Positions 24,480 to 34,920 of a stretch of 64,000 nt of DNA are shown piece by piece (positions within the stretch are counted from its first letter, which is position 1; every line of letters begins with the position of its first letter). The stretch is from Perkinsela sp. CCAP 1560/9 (taxonomy: Eukaryota; Protista; Euglenozoa: Kinetoplastea), in assembly GCA_965644495.1 (NCBI GenBank), contig CBFFSA010000009.1, forward strand, positions 124,001 through 188,000. The letters are read 5' to 3'. The notes below the pieces were generated by a model. That model worked only from the letters and a program-made list of their open reading frames with translations. It ran no database searches and was not told the DNA's origin. The position numbers and the translations under genes are program-made.

Positions 24480-26709
24480 GTGTCCCTACACTTTCACTTA
24501 AACTCAAGTACCCATTTCCAATTACTCTTCAGCGACTTGCGATTTTATCTCTCTACGTCTTGCAAAATTCTTATTCTTTCCTTGTGAATCCGTCGATCTC
24601 GATTTTTTCTGAGTTCGGGATTCTACCGCAATAGATACCTTGACCGTGTACGGCAAATACGTACCGGATAGCGAGTTCTCGTTTCTGAAAACAAACATTT
24701 CTGTTGCTACAACATCTGTTTCAATGCGAGCTTGACGGGCACTAGATTTCCAAGAAAGCACCGGAAGGACCCAGTCACTAGTCGAGGAAGCGATAGGTAA
24801 TGCAATACGGCTTCAAAAATGGTCAAAAAATGTTTCAACCCAAGTGTTTGCCACTTGGTCATCTTCACACTGGTAATCTTCTCAGTTTATGGACGTGTTG
24901 CATTCCTCAATAGTAATTTCGAAAATCAGGTCGCCAGTTTCAGCAAATCATTTACCCGTTCCACTGAAATGGATGCCTTTTTGCGAGCTCGCGCGGATAC
25001 GACGATCCACTCAAGCGAAAAGCACATTACAGCTACCCATACCTTCATCTCGTGGTTAGAGCGCACTCTTCTTACGTGCCAATGTATCGACTCTAAGAAA
25101 TGCCTGGGTGCATGCTCAGCAGACTCGACAAGCTGACGCAAAGTTGGATGAACAAGAGTTGCCATAGGACGATCCTGCATGTCAGAGCATTTTTCTTGTG
25201 CGATGCGTAACGGTATGCAGTCTTTCGGGTAATCCTTCACAGACCACATCAAGTCGTTCAAAGAGTTGTTCTCGAACAAATCAGCCCAATGGTGAACAGA
25301 TTGAGGGGCTCGCAGCGTTTCCAGTTTACTTTTTATGAGGGATGCGACAGTGGGTGATCAGCCAAAAACCTCATGCTTTCGAATTTATCCGCGAGCCATC
25401 GCGTGACCCCACCAAGTTTGGGAGAAGTGACGGCTCGAATTTCATGAGAATGCGCAGGGGATTTCACCACACTAGCACCTTTCGCAGTTAGAATCTCACA
25501 TTGGTCTTCTAGTTTCAGAGTTTGATTTAGTTTGGTGAACACATCGCGTGCCTTCAAAGATACTTTTGAGAGAGTTTGCAATGCTTCCTTCAGATGAGCT
25601 ATGATGTCGCTGCAACCCTTCTTGTCAAGTTTTTCGCTGTTCACAGAACGATAGAAACTTGCTATCAGACTAGAAACTTTCTATTAGAAAGATTTAAAGT
25701 ATGATTCAGCTTTTTGAGTTTCCTCGTCGATATATCTTCAAGAGCTTTTCCGAAATACTTCCCCTTCTTTGTCCCCACACGGTCTCCTGCGTAGAAAACC
25801 ATGGAGAAATACATGTATGTTCTTGCTTTCATAATTGGCAGATTTGCGTAGTGCTGCATTGCATCTTTGGCCATATTATGAAACAAGTGTCCGAAGCATG
25901 GTAATAGCGCGACCCGCGGACAGTGCTTCGTCACGCCAATTACAATGTTCTCCCGGTCCGTGCTTCCGATAGAGCTGACGCGCGAATAAAATTCTTCCTC
26001 TGCGGAAACAAGAGAGTCGCGAATGCCTAACATTTCCTGCCTAGCCACATTATTTACTGGAGCTCCGTCTGCCATTCTGAATCGCAACTTTAGGAGTCGG
26101 CTCTCGGAGAGGCATGACCGAAGTACTTCTATCAGGGATTGTGCCATCTCGCTACCGTTAAATGATTTGTGCTTAGGGTGATAGATAGGTGGGAGAAGAA
26201 AGTGGCGATCCACAACATACAAAATGGCGATAAGTACATGTTCGCTAAGAACCCTGCCAACTCCACCGTCTATGTCGAGTCCAAAGAATTTAGCTCCACC
26301 TATGGTTCGTCGAATGTCTTCCCACATCATGTCGGCAATTCGATGTTCGAGCGTCAAGTGGCGACCCTGATTGACGAACCGAAGCGAAGGCTTTCAGAAG
26401 TTGTTTTTCCTCCTCTGATGTCAAGATAGAGGTTTTACCGCGCTCGACCAATGTATCAAGAGTAGACAGATTTTTGTACTTTGTTACTGCAGCAGAGCTA
26501 GGGCATCGCTCGAATTTTCGCTCAAATTTTAGCTGAATGGATTCTCCGCTAATTTTTTCATCTTGTTTTGGCGAAAAGCCACTTCTTCTGCTCCGGTCAG
26601 AATTCGTCGACGTGCTTATTGAGTTCTCCACACGGGATCTCAAAACAATCATTTCTCCAACATCCCCCATTGAAAAATGCACAAAAGTTTTAGAAAAACC
26701 ATTAAACAA
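24480..26709 (-). pseudogene. hAT-superfamily transposase pseudogene (five ORF pieces)
   Basis: FFGLDIDGG (first D), FRMADGAPVN (second D), PCFGHLFHN (CxxH) and GVTRW motifs in the hAT order; termini not identified. Confidence 0.78.
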
Positions 26710-26806
26710 ATAAAAAAAGGCCGAACGCCATATCGAAATTTGCTCACGAATTAATATTTCACAAATCTTTATTTTACGCTATTTCACAAAAAATTACAAG
26801 GCCTGT

Positions 26807-27761
26807 ATGTATTTCCAATTTATCATGCACTTTCCAGTCGTGATGATATCTCTGAATGCGATTGACGATGGGTCAGACCTGCGATGTGGAAAAGTACGGC
26901 GTGAGTTAATACATCACGAAAATGTGCTTGAAGAATTTCTAATGGGAGCAACGGTTCGAGATCGTACGTGGATTACAGAAAAAAGAAGATTGTTCGGGTG
27001 TTAAGAAAGTGTCTCCTTGTACATGGAAAGGTGTCAACTGTGATGGCAATCAAAATGTGATTAGTATCATCGGGAAATTCTCGCATCTCAATTTAGCCGG
27101 AAATCTGAGTTGGAGCGCTCTTCCGCCAACAGTGCTCAGATTGGAGCTTTCATATTATCCCGATCTGATGGGTGAAATGAATCTTTCCTTCTTACCTGTG
27201 CGAACGCATCAATTTTTCTTAATTAATACTGCAATGTCCGGTCCCTTAGCGATTTCTGACCTTTCGATGACAATGATGAATCTCGCACTTGAGGGAGGCC
27301 GATTCTCCGGAAATCTCGATCTGTCGATTCTCCACATGAGCTTACGAGAATTGCGATTGAGCCGAAACCGCCTTACAGGACCTATATTACTAAACGCGCT
27401 GCCTTTAAATCTACGACGACTAGACCTCGCATCTAACCGTTTTACCGGTCTCCTCGATCTAAACGGTTTGCCTCGGAATATCGTTCCCCTGGATCTTGGT
27501 TTTAATAGGTTTGAAGGTCCTTTGATATTTCCAGAGAATTTACCTCCAGGTTTGCACTATCTTCGTCTAAGAAACAACAGGCTTTCAGGTTACGTTGATT
27601 TTAGTCCCATCCATCAACACGGAATTTTGCGAAGATCTTGTGGAAACATTATCATTAATTTAGAGGGAAATCAAATCACGGATTGGGGGCCGAAGGATCG
27701 ATATAAAAGCAACCATCCTCCAGGCGTGTATTTCGGGAGATTAGTTTCCCAAAATGGATGA
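26807..27761 (+). pseudogene. LRR gene with a frameshift/stop near 27000 (about 8 LRRs)
   Basis: GKVRRELIHHENVL N-terminal part in ORF 26807-27004; CTWKGVNC cap and LRRs in ORF 27009-27761. Confidence 0.85.
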
Positions 27762-28483
27762 CAAGTTCTAGTTATATTTTCTGACAAACTGAATGAATAC
27801 TTGAAATCAGCGTCGTTAATTTCTCGTTGGTCCTTTATGTATAGAGAGGTTATCATGCGTTTGATTCCACAAATGCATGCTCGATACAGTTGACCGAGTT
27901 TTGCAGAGAGATTGGAATTCACTAATTTCCTCTGAACTCCACGTGTGTCTTAATTTGCGAGAAGACTGCGTATCTTCATGACCTTCCACAAGATCGACAA
28001 CCGTTCTTGAGACGCAAAAAGTGCGTCTTGCAAGTTTCGACTGCGCTGGAGACATAGGTAGTGTAGAATACACGTGGAAAATCACTTTTCTAGAATAATA
28101 TTAATTAATGCAGAGCGTTTTTAAAAACTAATTACTGCACTAATTTTTACTGCACTAATTTTTACTGCAATTATTATACATAATTATACAAAATTATACA
28201 TAACTTTTACGCGCACGGTATAGGGAGGTCGAATTATTATTCGCCCTTCTACTACCATCAACGCAATTTGTGCAGCAATTCATTTTGTAGAATCTTCCGC
28301 ACTCATTAAAGTTGTTTATTCTTTGTCTATGTGACACCCTCCATGATTTGTTACTGAACGGTTTTACAGGTGTTTTCGAAAACCGTAATTCAAACCAAAA
28401 ATTTGAATATACTGTACTGGAACGTTTCTTTCTCGGCCAATGTACCAATTGTTCATTTTATCATTTTTTACTATTTTGTTTTA

Positions 28484-28835
28484 AACCCCCTTCCGGGTTA
28501 TTGTGCCCCCCCCCCCTTGCACAATAACTGGCTCTAGGCACAATAACCAAATATTGGAAAACCAAAAAAGGGGTAAAAACAATTTGGCGCCGCTTCGCGG
28601 CGCCTTTCTTATGGACAAACACGTTCATGTGCAGAGAAAGTTCTATTTAAGGGATGCGTTGTTGAACAAACTACGTTATTTTCGAGAAAAAGGGAACAAA
28701 AAACAACCAAAAAATTACGGCGCCGCCTGGCGGCGCCATATTTTGGAGGGGGGCACAATAATAGCGGTCGTTTCCACTTATTGTGCCCGCCCTGCACAAT
28801 AAGTAGCTCTAGGCACAATAACCCGGAACAGGGTT
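28484..28835. mobile_element. About 350-bp MITE
   Basis: TA|AACCCCCTTCCGGGTTATTGTGCC ... GGCACAATAACCCGGAACAGGGTT|TA; internal GCACAATAA repeats. Confidence 0.85.
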
Positions 28836-29322
28836 TAATATACTCGTAAGATTCTTTTTCTCTGGAAGAATATCTATCCTCTCATTTGTGCGCATGTTAT
28901 CGCCTACAACAATCTTGATTTGATTGAAATGACAATGCAACAATCTACAAACATTTTATCACACTCATGATTTATTTTATTACCTCACAAGGATGGAATT
29001 TTTATATTACCACAACTTTTATAGTACCACAACGGACTTCAGAAGATCACAGAGGAAGGGGGGAACAAGGCGAAAAGCAGAAAGAGCCTGAGCCGTACCC
29101 TCGTGTCATTCGTGGGAAGCAATTTGTGAACCCGACGTTCCCAGTTACGACATTGGATCTGCGACATTTGTTATTCGCGAGACCTTAGAGGAAGGAGGAG
29201 AAGCAAGGCACAAAACAGATGACGGAGCTTTTTCTATTTTCTTCTGTCATTTCCTTCTGAGTTAGCCTTAAAGTTCGCATCATAACATACACGCTAATAG
29301 GTTCAAATCTTCGTAAAGCATA

Positions 29323-29408
29323 CAGGGGTGGGCGCCTTCAGAGTGGGGGGATCTAAAATTCGTAAAACTTGACCAATTTTGGAAAGCAATAGCCCATTCG
29401 AAAGCTCT
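29323..29408. mobile_element. Solo Tc1-like TIR
   Basis: TA|CAGGGGTG...GGGGATCTAAAATTCGTAAAA...CCAATTTTGGAAA, like the other Tc1 ends here. Confidence 0.75.
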
Positions 29409-29425
29409 TAATATTTCCAGTGTAA

Positions 29426-29949
29426 TCAAAAAACGGTCTAGGAGTTGATTTGGGAAAAATATATTTTTTCACTTTCACCCATAATTTTTCAGTTTTTTCA
29501 AAATTTCAAAAATTGCTATGATCACCCTGGTGGGGAGGGGGGGCAGGGGATACCCATCGGAATTGTTGAAAAACTAGTCATCTTGTCACTCAATTCGATT
29601 CATACGTCTGCCTTTTTTCCTTGCGCCTCCTCCTTCCTCATCGGCCTTGCGTGTCACACACTTCCGGATAAATTTTGGACTATGTAGGTATATTATCGGC
29701 ACAGGGTGGAGAAATATCGAATGAAATCAAAGAGTATACAGGTATAGAAGGCTCCAAACTCTCAAAAAACGGTCTAGGAGTTGATTTGGGAAAAATATAT
29801 TTTTTCACTTTCACCCATAAATTTTTAGTTTTTTTTTCAAAATTTCAAAATTTGCTATGATCACCCTGGTGGGGAGGTGGGGGCAGGGGGTACCCATCGG
29901 AATTGTTGACAAACTAGTCATCTTGTCACTAAATTCGATTCATACGTCT
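29426..29949. repeat. About 185-bp direct repeat (29426-29609 and 29762-29949)
   Basis: Near-identical blocks TCAAAAAACGGTCTAGGAG...CATACGTCT. Confidence 0.93.
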
Positions 29950-30174
29950 TTGTAAACATTTTTTTCGAAAACTCACCTGAAACGATATCGGGCACGAAAT
30001 CGGGCCACAAATCGGGCACGACGAATTAACCTACGGTAGCGAGGGAGTAGTATCTCCCTCAATAAAATTATACTTGCGGTGGTTGTGAAACTACCGCTCT
30101 ACACTCGATTATTGCAAAAAAAGTGAACAAAAACAGTGAAAATATAAAGGGGAACACAGTAATATAATAGAAGA

Positions 30175-31322
30175 AAAAAATATAAAAGGGGGCTCCGGTG
30201 GTCCAAAACTGAAAAAAAAATTGAAAAAAATGGGGGGTCCATGGGGGGGGTCCATGGGGGGGGTCCAGGGGGGGGGGTCCAGGGGGGGGGTCCACGGGGG
30301 GGGGGCATGGTCGAGCAAATTTCTTCGAAAAAATTAGTTTTCGAAAAAAAACCGCAGAAAGGGTAGCCGGGGTCTTGGCGCGCATTTTCCACCCCCCTAC
30401 CCGGGGGTGACCCCCCCCGCGTATCCGCAGGACGGGTCCGCCAAGTTCGGATTTTTTCGGAAAAAAACTGAAAAAAAATTGAACTTGGTGAAAAAAATGG
30501 CAGAAAAAATATTCTTTCAAAATCCTTTGCCCTATTGTATTTTGATAGTTTGGGACCTACACTAGCTTTCTACGCAGTTGTTTTCGCAAGGTATCACTTC
30601 TTCGAACTGTGGTGCGCCCCTCAAAATGACCCATTTTTGATTAAAAAAGGTGAAAAAGTATTTTTCGGACCTAAAGGGGCATTTTTGTGTCGAAAGAATG
30701 GTATGGTTGGAGTCGCATTCTCTACCCAATACGTTCGGTAGGCTTTCATTCATGCCTGCGAGTGATTTCCCACGCGCAAATGTCGGATTTAGTGCTCTGA
30801 GAGGAAAAATATGCGAAAATGACCCCATTTGTACCCGAAATTCGGCTATTTTTGGCTATAATCTTTCCGTTTTCCAGGCTAAATTTTCTTTTTTAGGCTC
30901 TTCGTTAAACGCGGCGGTAGTTTTCAACGCGAAGCGCGCAGCATGAGTGACTTCTAAGTTGAAAGCAACCACCGCGTTTAACGAAGAGCCTAATGGAAGA
31001 AAAACATATATGTAAAAGGGGGCTCCGGTGGTCCAAAACTGAAAAGAAATCAAAAAAATGGGAGGTCCATGGGTGGCGGGGTCTAGGGAGAATGGATGGG
31101 GGGGCATACGTCGTTTTGTTTTAAAATATTCAAAATTTTGATTTTCAAAATCGAGCGCAGGGAAGTGGTAGAGTATGCCACGGCGATGGTTTTCCACCCG
31201 CTTATTTGGGGATGACCCCACCTGGCACGCGCAGGAGAGGTCCGACAAGGTCAAAATTTTCAAAAATTTTGGGATGACCAATAAAAACGTTTTGTGACCA
31301 AAAAATAGGATTTTTTTTTCAA
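30175..31322. repeat. Two related element ends (about 30175-30525 and 31005-31322) with G-run/TCCA repeats; related inverted copy at about 8630-8778
   Basis: Shared AAAAGGGGGCTCCGGTGGTCCAAAACTGAAAA; (G6-10 TCCA)n at 30232-30305; 31150-31320 is the reverse complement of a diverged 8630-8778. Confidence 0.75.
30896..30990. mobile_element. 95-bp MITE, same family as 9430-9525
   Basis: TA|GGCTCTTCGTTAAACGCGG...CCGCGTTTAACGAAGAGCC|TA. Confidence 0.92.
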
Positions 31323-31500
31323 ATCGACTCCCAAAACGTATCTAGAGTTTGGGGCCTCAAAAAAAAAGAATAAAAAAAAGAGCTGAGTTTGGGACCTCAG
31401 CTACTGGTATCGCCTCCTACCGCTACTGTTAAGGCTTAAAAAGCGGCCGAATTTTGGGTTAAAAGTTCGGATTATTGGCCTAAAAATCGGGCTTCTTCAC

Positions 31501-32340
31501 CGCTCCAGCGCGCGGGTCGCGCACTGAGAACCTGTGTCTGCGAATCCCGCAGGATTGTCCAGAGGCAAGGCCCAACTGTGAGCGTAGCACTGGGACATAA
31601 TTATATTTTTTGGCGACCAGCGCGCTCCAGCGCGCGAGTCGCGCACTGAGAACCTGTGTCTGCCACTTCCGTAGGGTTGACCAGAGGCAATAATTAGTAT
31701 GAATTATTTTGCTTCCGTAAGGCTTTTTTTCTACGCTCACCTTTTATGGATCTTGGGGACGCGGATTTGTTTTCTCAGGGTGCAGAGAGGTTGTTTGCGC
31801 GGTTTCTAGCGGCCTTCGAATACATTGCGCAACGGGGGAATGATGACCGGCAGGGTGATGATCAACGTGATGGGACTCAGCCAGACCTTGTTGAAACTAA
31901 TGGTACACCGCGCCGTACGTGTATTTTGAGGTTCGGCCGGTTTGTAGGGGGTGTCCGGGATACGCCTGCGTGAGGTTATGGCGAAGCGTTGCCGCTATTC
32001 CTCAGGGGAATGATGCGGAGAAGTGGATGAAGTGTCATGGTCTGTTTGCCCTCCCCGAATGCCCCGATCATGTGAACCAGTTCATTTTTGACATCCCGGG
32101 TAATGATTGGATGCGGCTTTGTGTGCACCGTGAACCTGGTGATCGGAATTCTTGCCGAGCGCACGTTAGTAGATTTCTTCCATATATTTCAACGCGCACT
32201 TTGCTGACTCCGAGCATGCTTCTCTTGGTCTGGGCGGATATTGCCAACCATTTATACACTGGACAGATTTGCAGGAACCGTGGTATCGGGAGAAAGGTTG
32301 TAGAGGACATCTTGCGTAACCTCGGGGAGGCTGCCACCTA
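31501..32340 (+). mobile_element. Merlin/ISXO2-like transposon 5' fragment truncated by SINEs
   Basis: Two about 68-bp direct repeats (31501, 31623), then WMKCHGLFALPECPDH...WMRLC...C...ICRNRGIGRKVVEDILRNLGEAA, resembling the Merlin Zn-ribbon plus HTH; no DDE domain present. Confidence 0.55.
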
Positions 32341-32640
32341 GGAGGAAGTGGCGGAGTGGCGAGAATTCAAAGTTTGAAGCACATGGTGCTCAGACGGCGA
32401 GTTCAAACCCGCTCATCGCAATATTCCTGGCGGCCTCACTCTAAAAGGCTGGGCTGAGAACCGACTAGGCCCAGTACTCGGAGGACCGCCCCGGACCCTC
32501 ACCTCAGGGAACCAGCTCCCTTACCCGGCTTACACCTCTTGGGTAAGCCGTGTTGACGTACAGTTCGTTGACGCAGCGTGTTGGCAACAGCACGTTTTTG
32601 CCGCCTTGGACAAGCGGAAACTGGTAGAGTACTTCGCCTA
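32341..32640 (+). mobile_element. tRNA-headed SINE, 3'-truncated copy
   Basis: A box GTGGCGGAGTGG, B box GAGTTCAAACCC; body matches the other copies. Confidence 0.85.
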
Positions 32641-32656
32641 GTCGGTTATCAGCCCA

Positions 32657-33073
32657 GAGGAGGTGGAGGTGGCGGAGTGTAGGTGGAGGTGGCGGAGTGG
32701 CAAGAATTCAAAGTTTGAAGCACATGGTGCTCAGATGGCGAGTTCAAACCCGCTCATCGCAATATTCCCGGCGGCCTCACTCTAAGAGGCTGGGCTGATA
32801 CCCGACTAGGCCCAGTACTCGGAGGACCGTCCCGGACCCTCCCCTCAGGGAACCAGCTCCCTTACCCCGGCTTACACCTCTTGGGTGAGCCGTGTTGACG
32901 TACAGTTCGTCGACGCAGCGTGTTGGCAACAGCACGTTGGTGCCGCCTTGGACAAGCGGAAACTGGTAGAGGACGTCGGCCTCGGAACTTCCAAATCTGT
33001 CTGTGAAGGGTCTGGCTTGCCAGCGACCATCCGGAGCAATCCGGAATGATTTGGATTTTTGGATTTTTTTTTT
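32657..33073 (+). mobile_element. Full-length tRNA-headed SINE (with duplicated head) inserted in an antisense SINE
   Basis: 11-bp TSD TTATCAGCCCA (32646-56, 33074-84); tail TCCGGA-GCAA-TCCGGA then GATTTGGATTTTTGGAT(T)n. Confidence 0.9.
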
Positions 33074-33198
33074 TTATCAGCCCAACCTCTTAGAGTGAGG
33101 CCGCCGGGAATATTACGATGAGCGGGTTTGAACTCGCCGTCTTTAAGCTTGAAGCACCATGTGCTTCAAACTTTGAATTTTTGCCACTCCGCCACGTC
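33074..33198 (-). mobile_element. 5' part of an antisense SINE copy (continues at about 32636-32656)
   Basis: Reverse complement of the SINE head and body. Confidence 0.85.
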
Positions 33199-33204
33199 CG
33201 CCTT

Positions 33205-33340
33205 AAAATTGACGGGGCGGGTATCGAACCAGGAGTTTGGTTCGTCAGCCTCCGAAAAGCACGTCCTGCCACTAGACAAGTTTCCAGGTTTGTGCCAGTG
33301 ACCATCCGGAGCAATCCGGAATGATTTGGATTTGGATTTT
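33205..33340 (+). mobile_element. 3' end of a different retroelement sharing the SINE tail
   Basis: GCCAGTGACCATCCGGAGCAATCCGGAATGATTTGGATTTGGATTTT preceded by sequence that differs from the SINE body. Confidence 0.65.
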
Positions 33341-33684
33341 GCCATAACATCTTGTCGCGAGCTATTGAAGGCTCGCTCACGCTTCCGGTCGCGACCTCCA
33401 CGATTCATTCTTGATTGATAATCTTTTTCTCCGACTCGCTTTATTTTCCGTATGGTCTCCTCGGCAATATTATGACTTCGCAAGTTTTGATACGGAAGAC
33501 GAAGAACGACACACGCACAACTCGTCTTGCACCGACAAGTATTTTCTGCGGTATATTGATGGAGGAACAAGGAGAGGGTCAGAGGGACTTGCTGAAAGAG
33601 AATTTTGGGGAAGAGAGAGATACCAGGTTCTTGTCCGAAAGCAAAAGATCCGACTACATGTGATACACGAGCCAAAAAGAAAAG

Positions 33685-34838
33685 AGAGCGAGATGGCTCT
33701 CTCAAAGCGGGGAAGGGGTCGGAAGCTGGTCCTTTGTCCTCCCATCCAGAGAGCTGGGGTACGCCCTTACCCCTACGGAGTTCCGCACCCTGGCACGCTG
33801 GTGGCTCGGGGCAGACGTCTAAGACACCCCCCGCCCTTGCCCTAGAGACCAGTGTAAACAACCGCTAGGATCTGATGGCCAGAATGCCCTAGCATGAAAA
33901 AGCGTCTACGGCCTCATCTCCCGGCACAACGCCCTGGTCGAGCACTTCTGCGATGTGTGCGCCAAGGCACACCTCGCCCCGCAACGAGAGGTCGGTCTAG
34001 GCAACCACGGCCCGGGCGGCGGCCCCACCAGACCGGGCCATGTCTTCCTCCCAAACTTTGGCCTAGCTACCGGTTTGGTATTGGACTTCTGCGTAACTCA
34101 CGTTCAGCAACCCACATACATATACGGACTCAGTCCGAGGCGCTAACGTGTGGGAAACGCAGGATCCTTTGTCGAACGGTACGATACGGAACACAAACGT
34201 TCGGAGCGCCTCGAGGCCGAACCCCAAGGGTATTGATTCACCGGGATGGCGGTGGAATCCTTCGGGCCCTGGTCGGAGAGCGCGCGGGGAATTCTCCGAG
34301 AAGTTGCCGAGCGCCGCTCAGCTGCCTCGAAGGGCACACTTTCGCGTGGAAAGGCCTTCCAACGCCTCCTCACGGAAGTGAACGTGACCCTTATGCGAGC
34401 CCAAGCGCACATGTTGGTACTCCGGATGCCCGCAGAAAACCTGCGTCTTTCGTTGCGCATGAAAGGGCGCGTAAAGTGTGGAAGTAAGTTGTTGTTGTTG
34501 TTGCTAAAGCTGTGAAGTTAAAATAAAAAAACCTTCCCATATAACAAGGGAAGGGTTCACAAGTCAGGCCGAGGAGTGGTCGAAAGACCCGGTCCGGAAC
34601 GAGCGAATGGATTGGGAATGAATTGCTTCTTTTTATTATTATTGTTATCAAAATCATAAATAACTTAAGGCAGGTTGAATTAATAGTTTTGGGCTACAAC
34701 ATGTGAAATTGCCAATTTGATTGCTTGTTCAATCATATACCCCCCCCAATGGACCTACTTGGTTCGTCTCTTGGTAAAAATATAGAGGCAATTCCGCGTT
34801 TTATACTTCTCCCCCCCCATTTATTGCAAAAAAAAAAA
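33685..34838 (+). mobile_element. 5'-truncated CRE-clade element B (CCHC knuckle, RLE nuclease, 3' UTR); repeated at +5438 in each unit; 3' boundary is either the (TTA)n at about 34645 or the A-run at 34828-38
   Basis: RARWLSQSGEG...EFRTLARWWLG...CPRDQC...SRHNALV...RPGHVFLP...LDFCVTH...VAVESFGPW, with in-frame stops. Confidence 0.88.
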
Positions 34839-34871
34839 CAACGATAAAGATGCAGTTTCTGTGCCTTGTTG
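34837..34871 (+). other. Degenerate spliced-leader mini-exon-like 35-mer (also 40275, 45713, 51151, 56589)
   Basis: AACAACGATAAAGATGCAGTTTCTGTGCCTTGTTG versus the kinetoplastid/diplonemid SL pattern AAC(T/C)AACG...ACAGTTTCTGTACT(T/A)TATTG; not followed by a GT intron. Confidence 0.75.
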
Positions 34872-34920
34872 AATTATTTCTCTTTCCCTTCCTATTGACT
34901 TTACATATGAATGACCCTCG

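Noticed and set aside
30068-30520. Proline-rich ORFs here and at 2508-2909, and the many short antisense ORFs across the array
   Set aside because: They are by-products of G/C runs or shadows of the TE coding strand, with no domain signal.
32341-32420. Functional tRNA gene
   Set aside because: A and B boxes are present, but there is no acceptor stem or proper anticodon arm; it is a SINE head.
34555-34615. Hammerhead or HDV-like ribozyme in the CRE 3' UTR or SINE body
   Set aside because: A GAAA hairpin is present, but I could not find the CUGANGA core or a nested double pseudoknot by eye. An Infernal search would be decisive.
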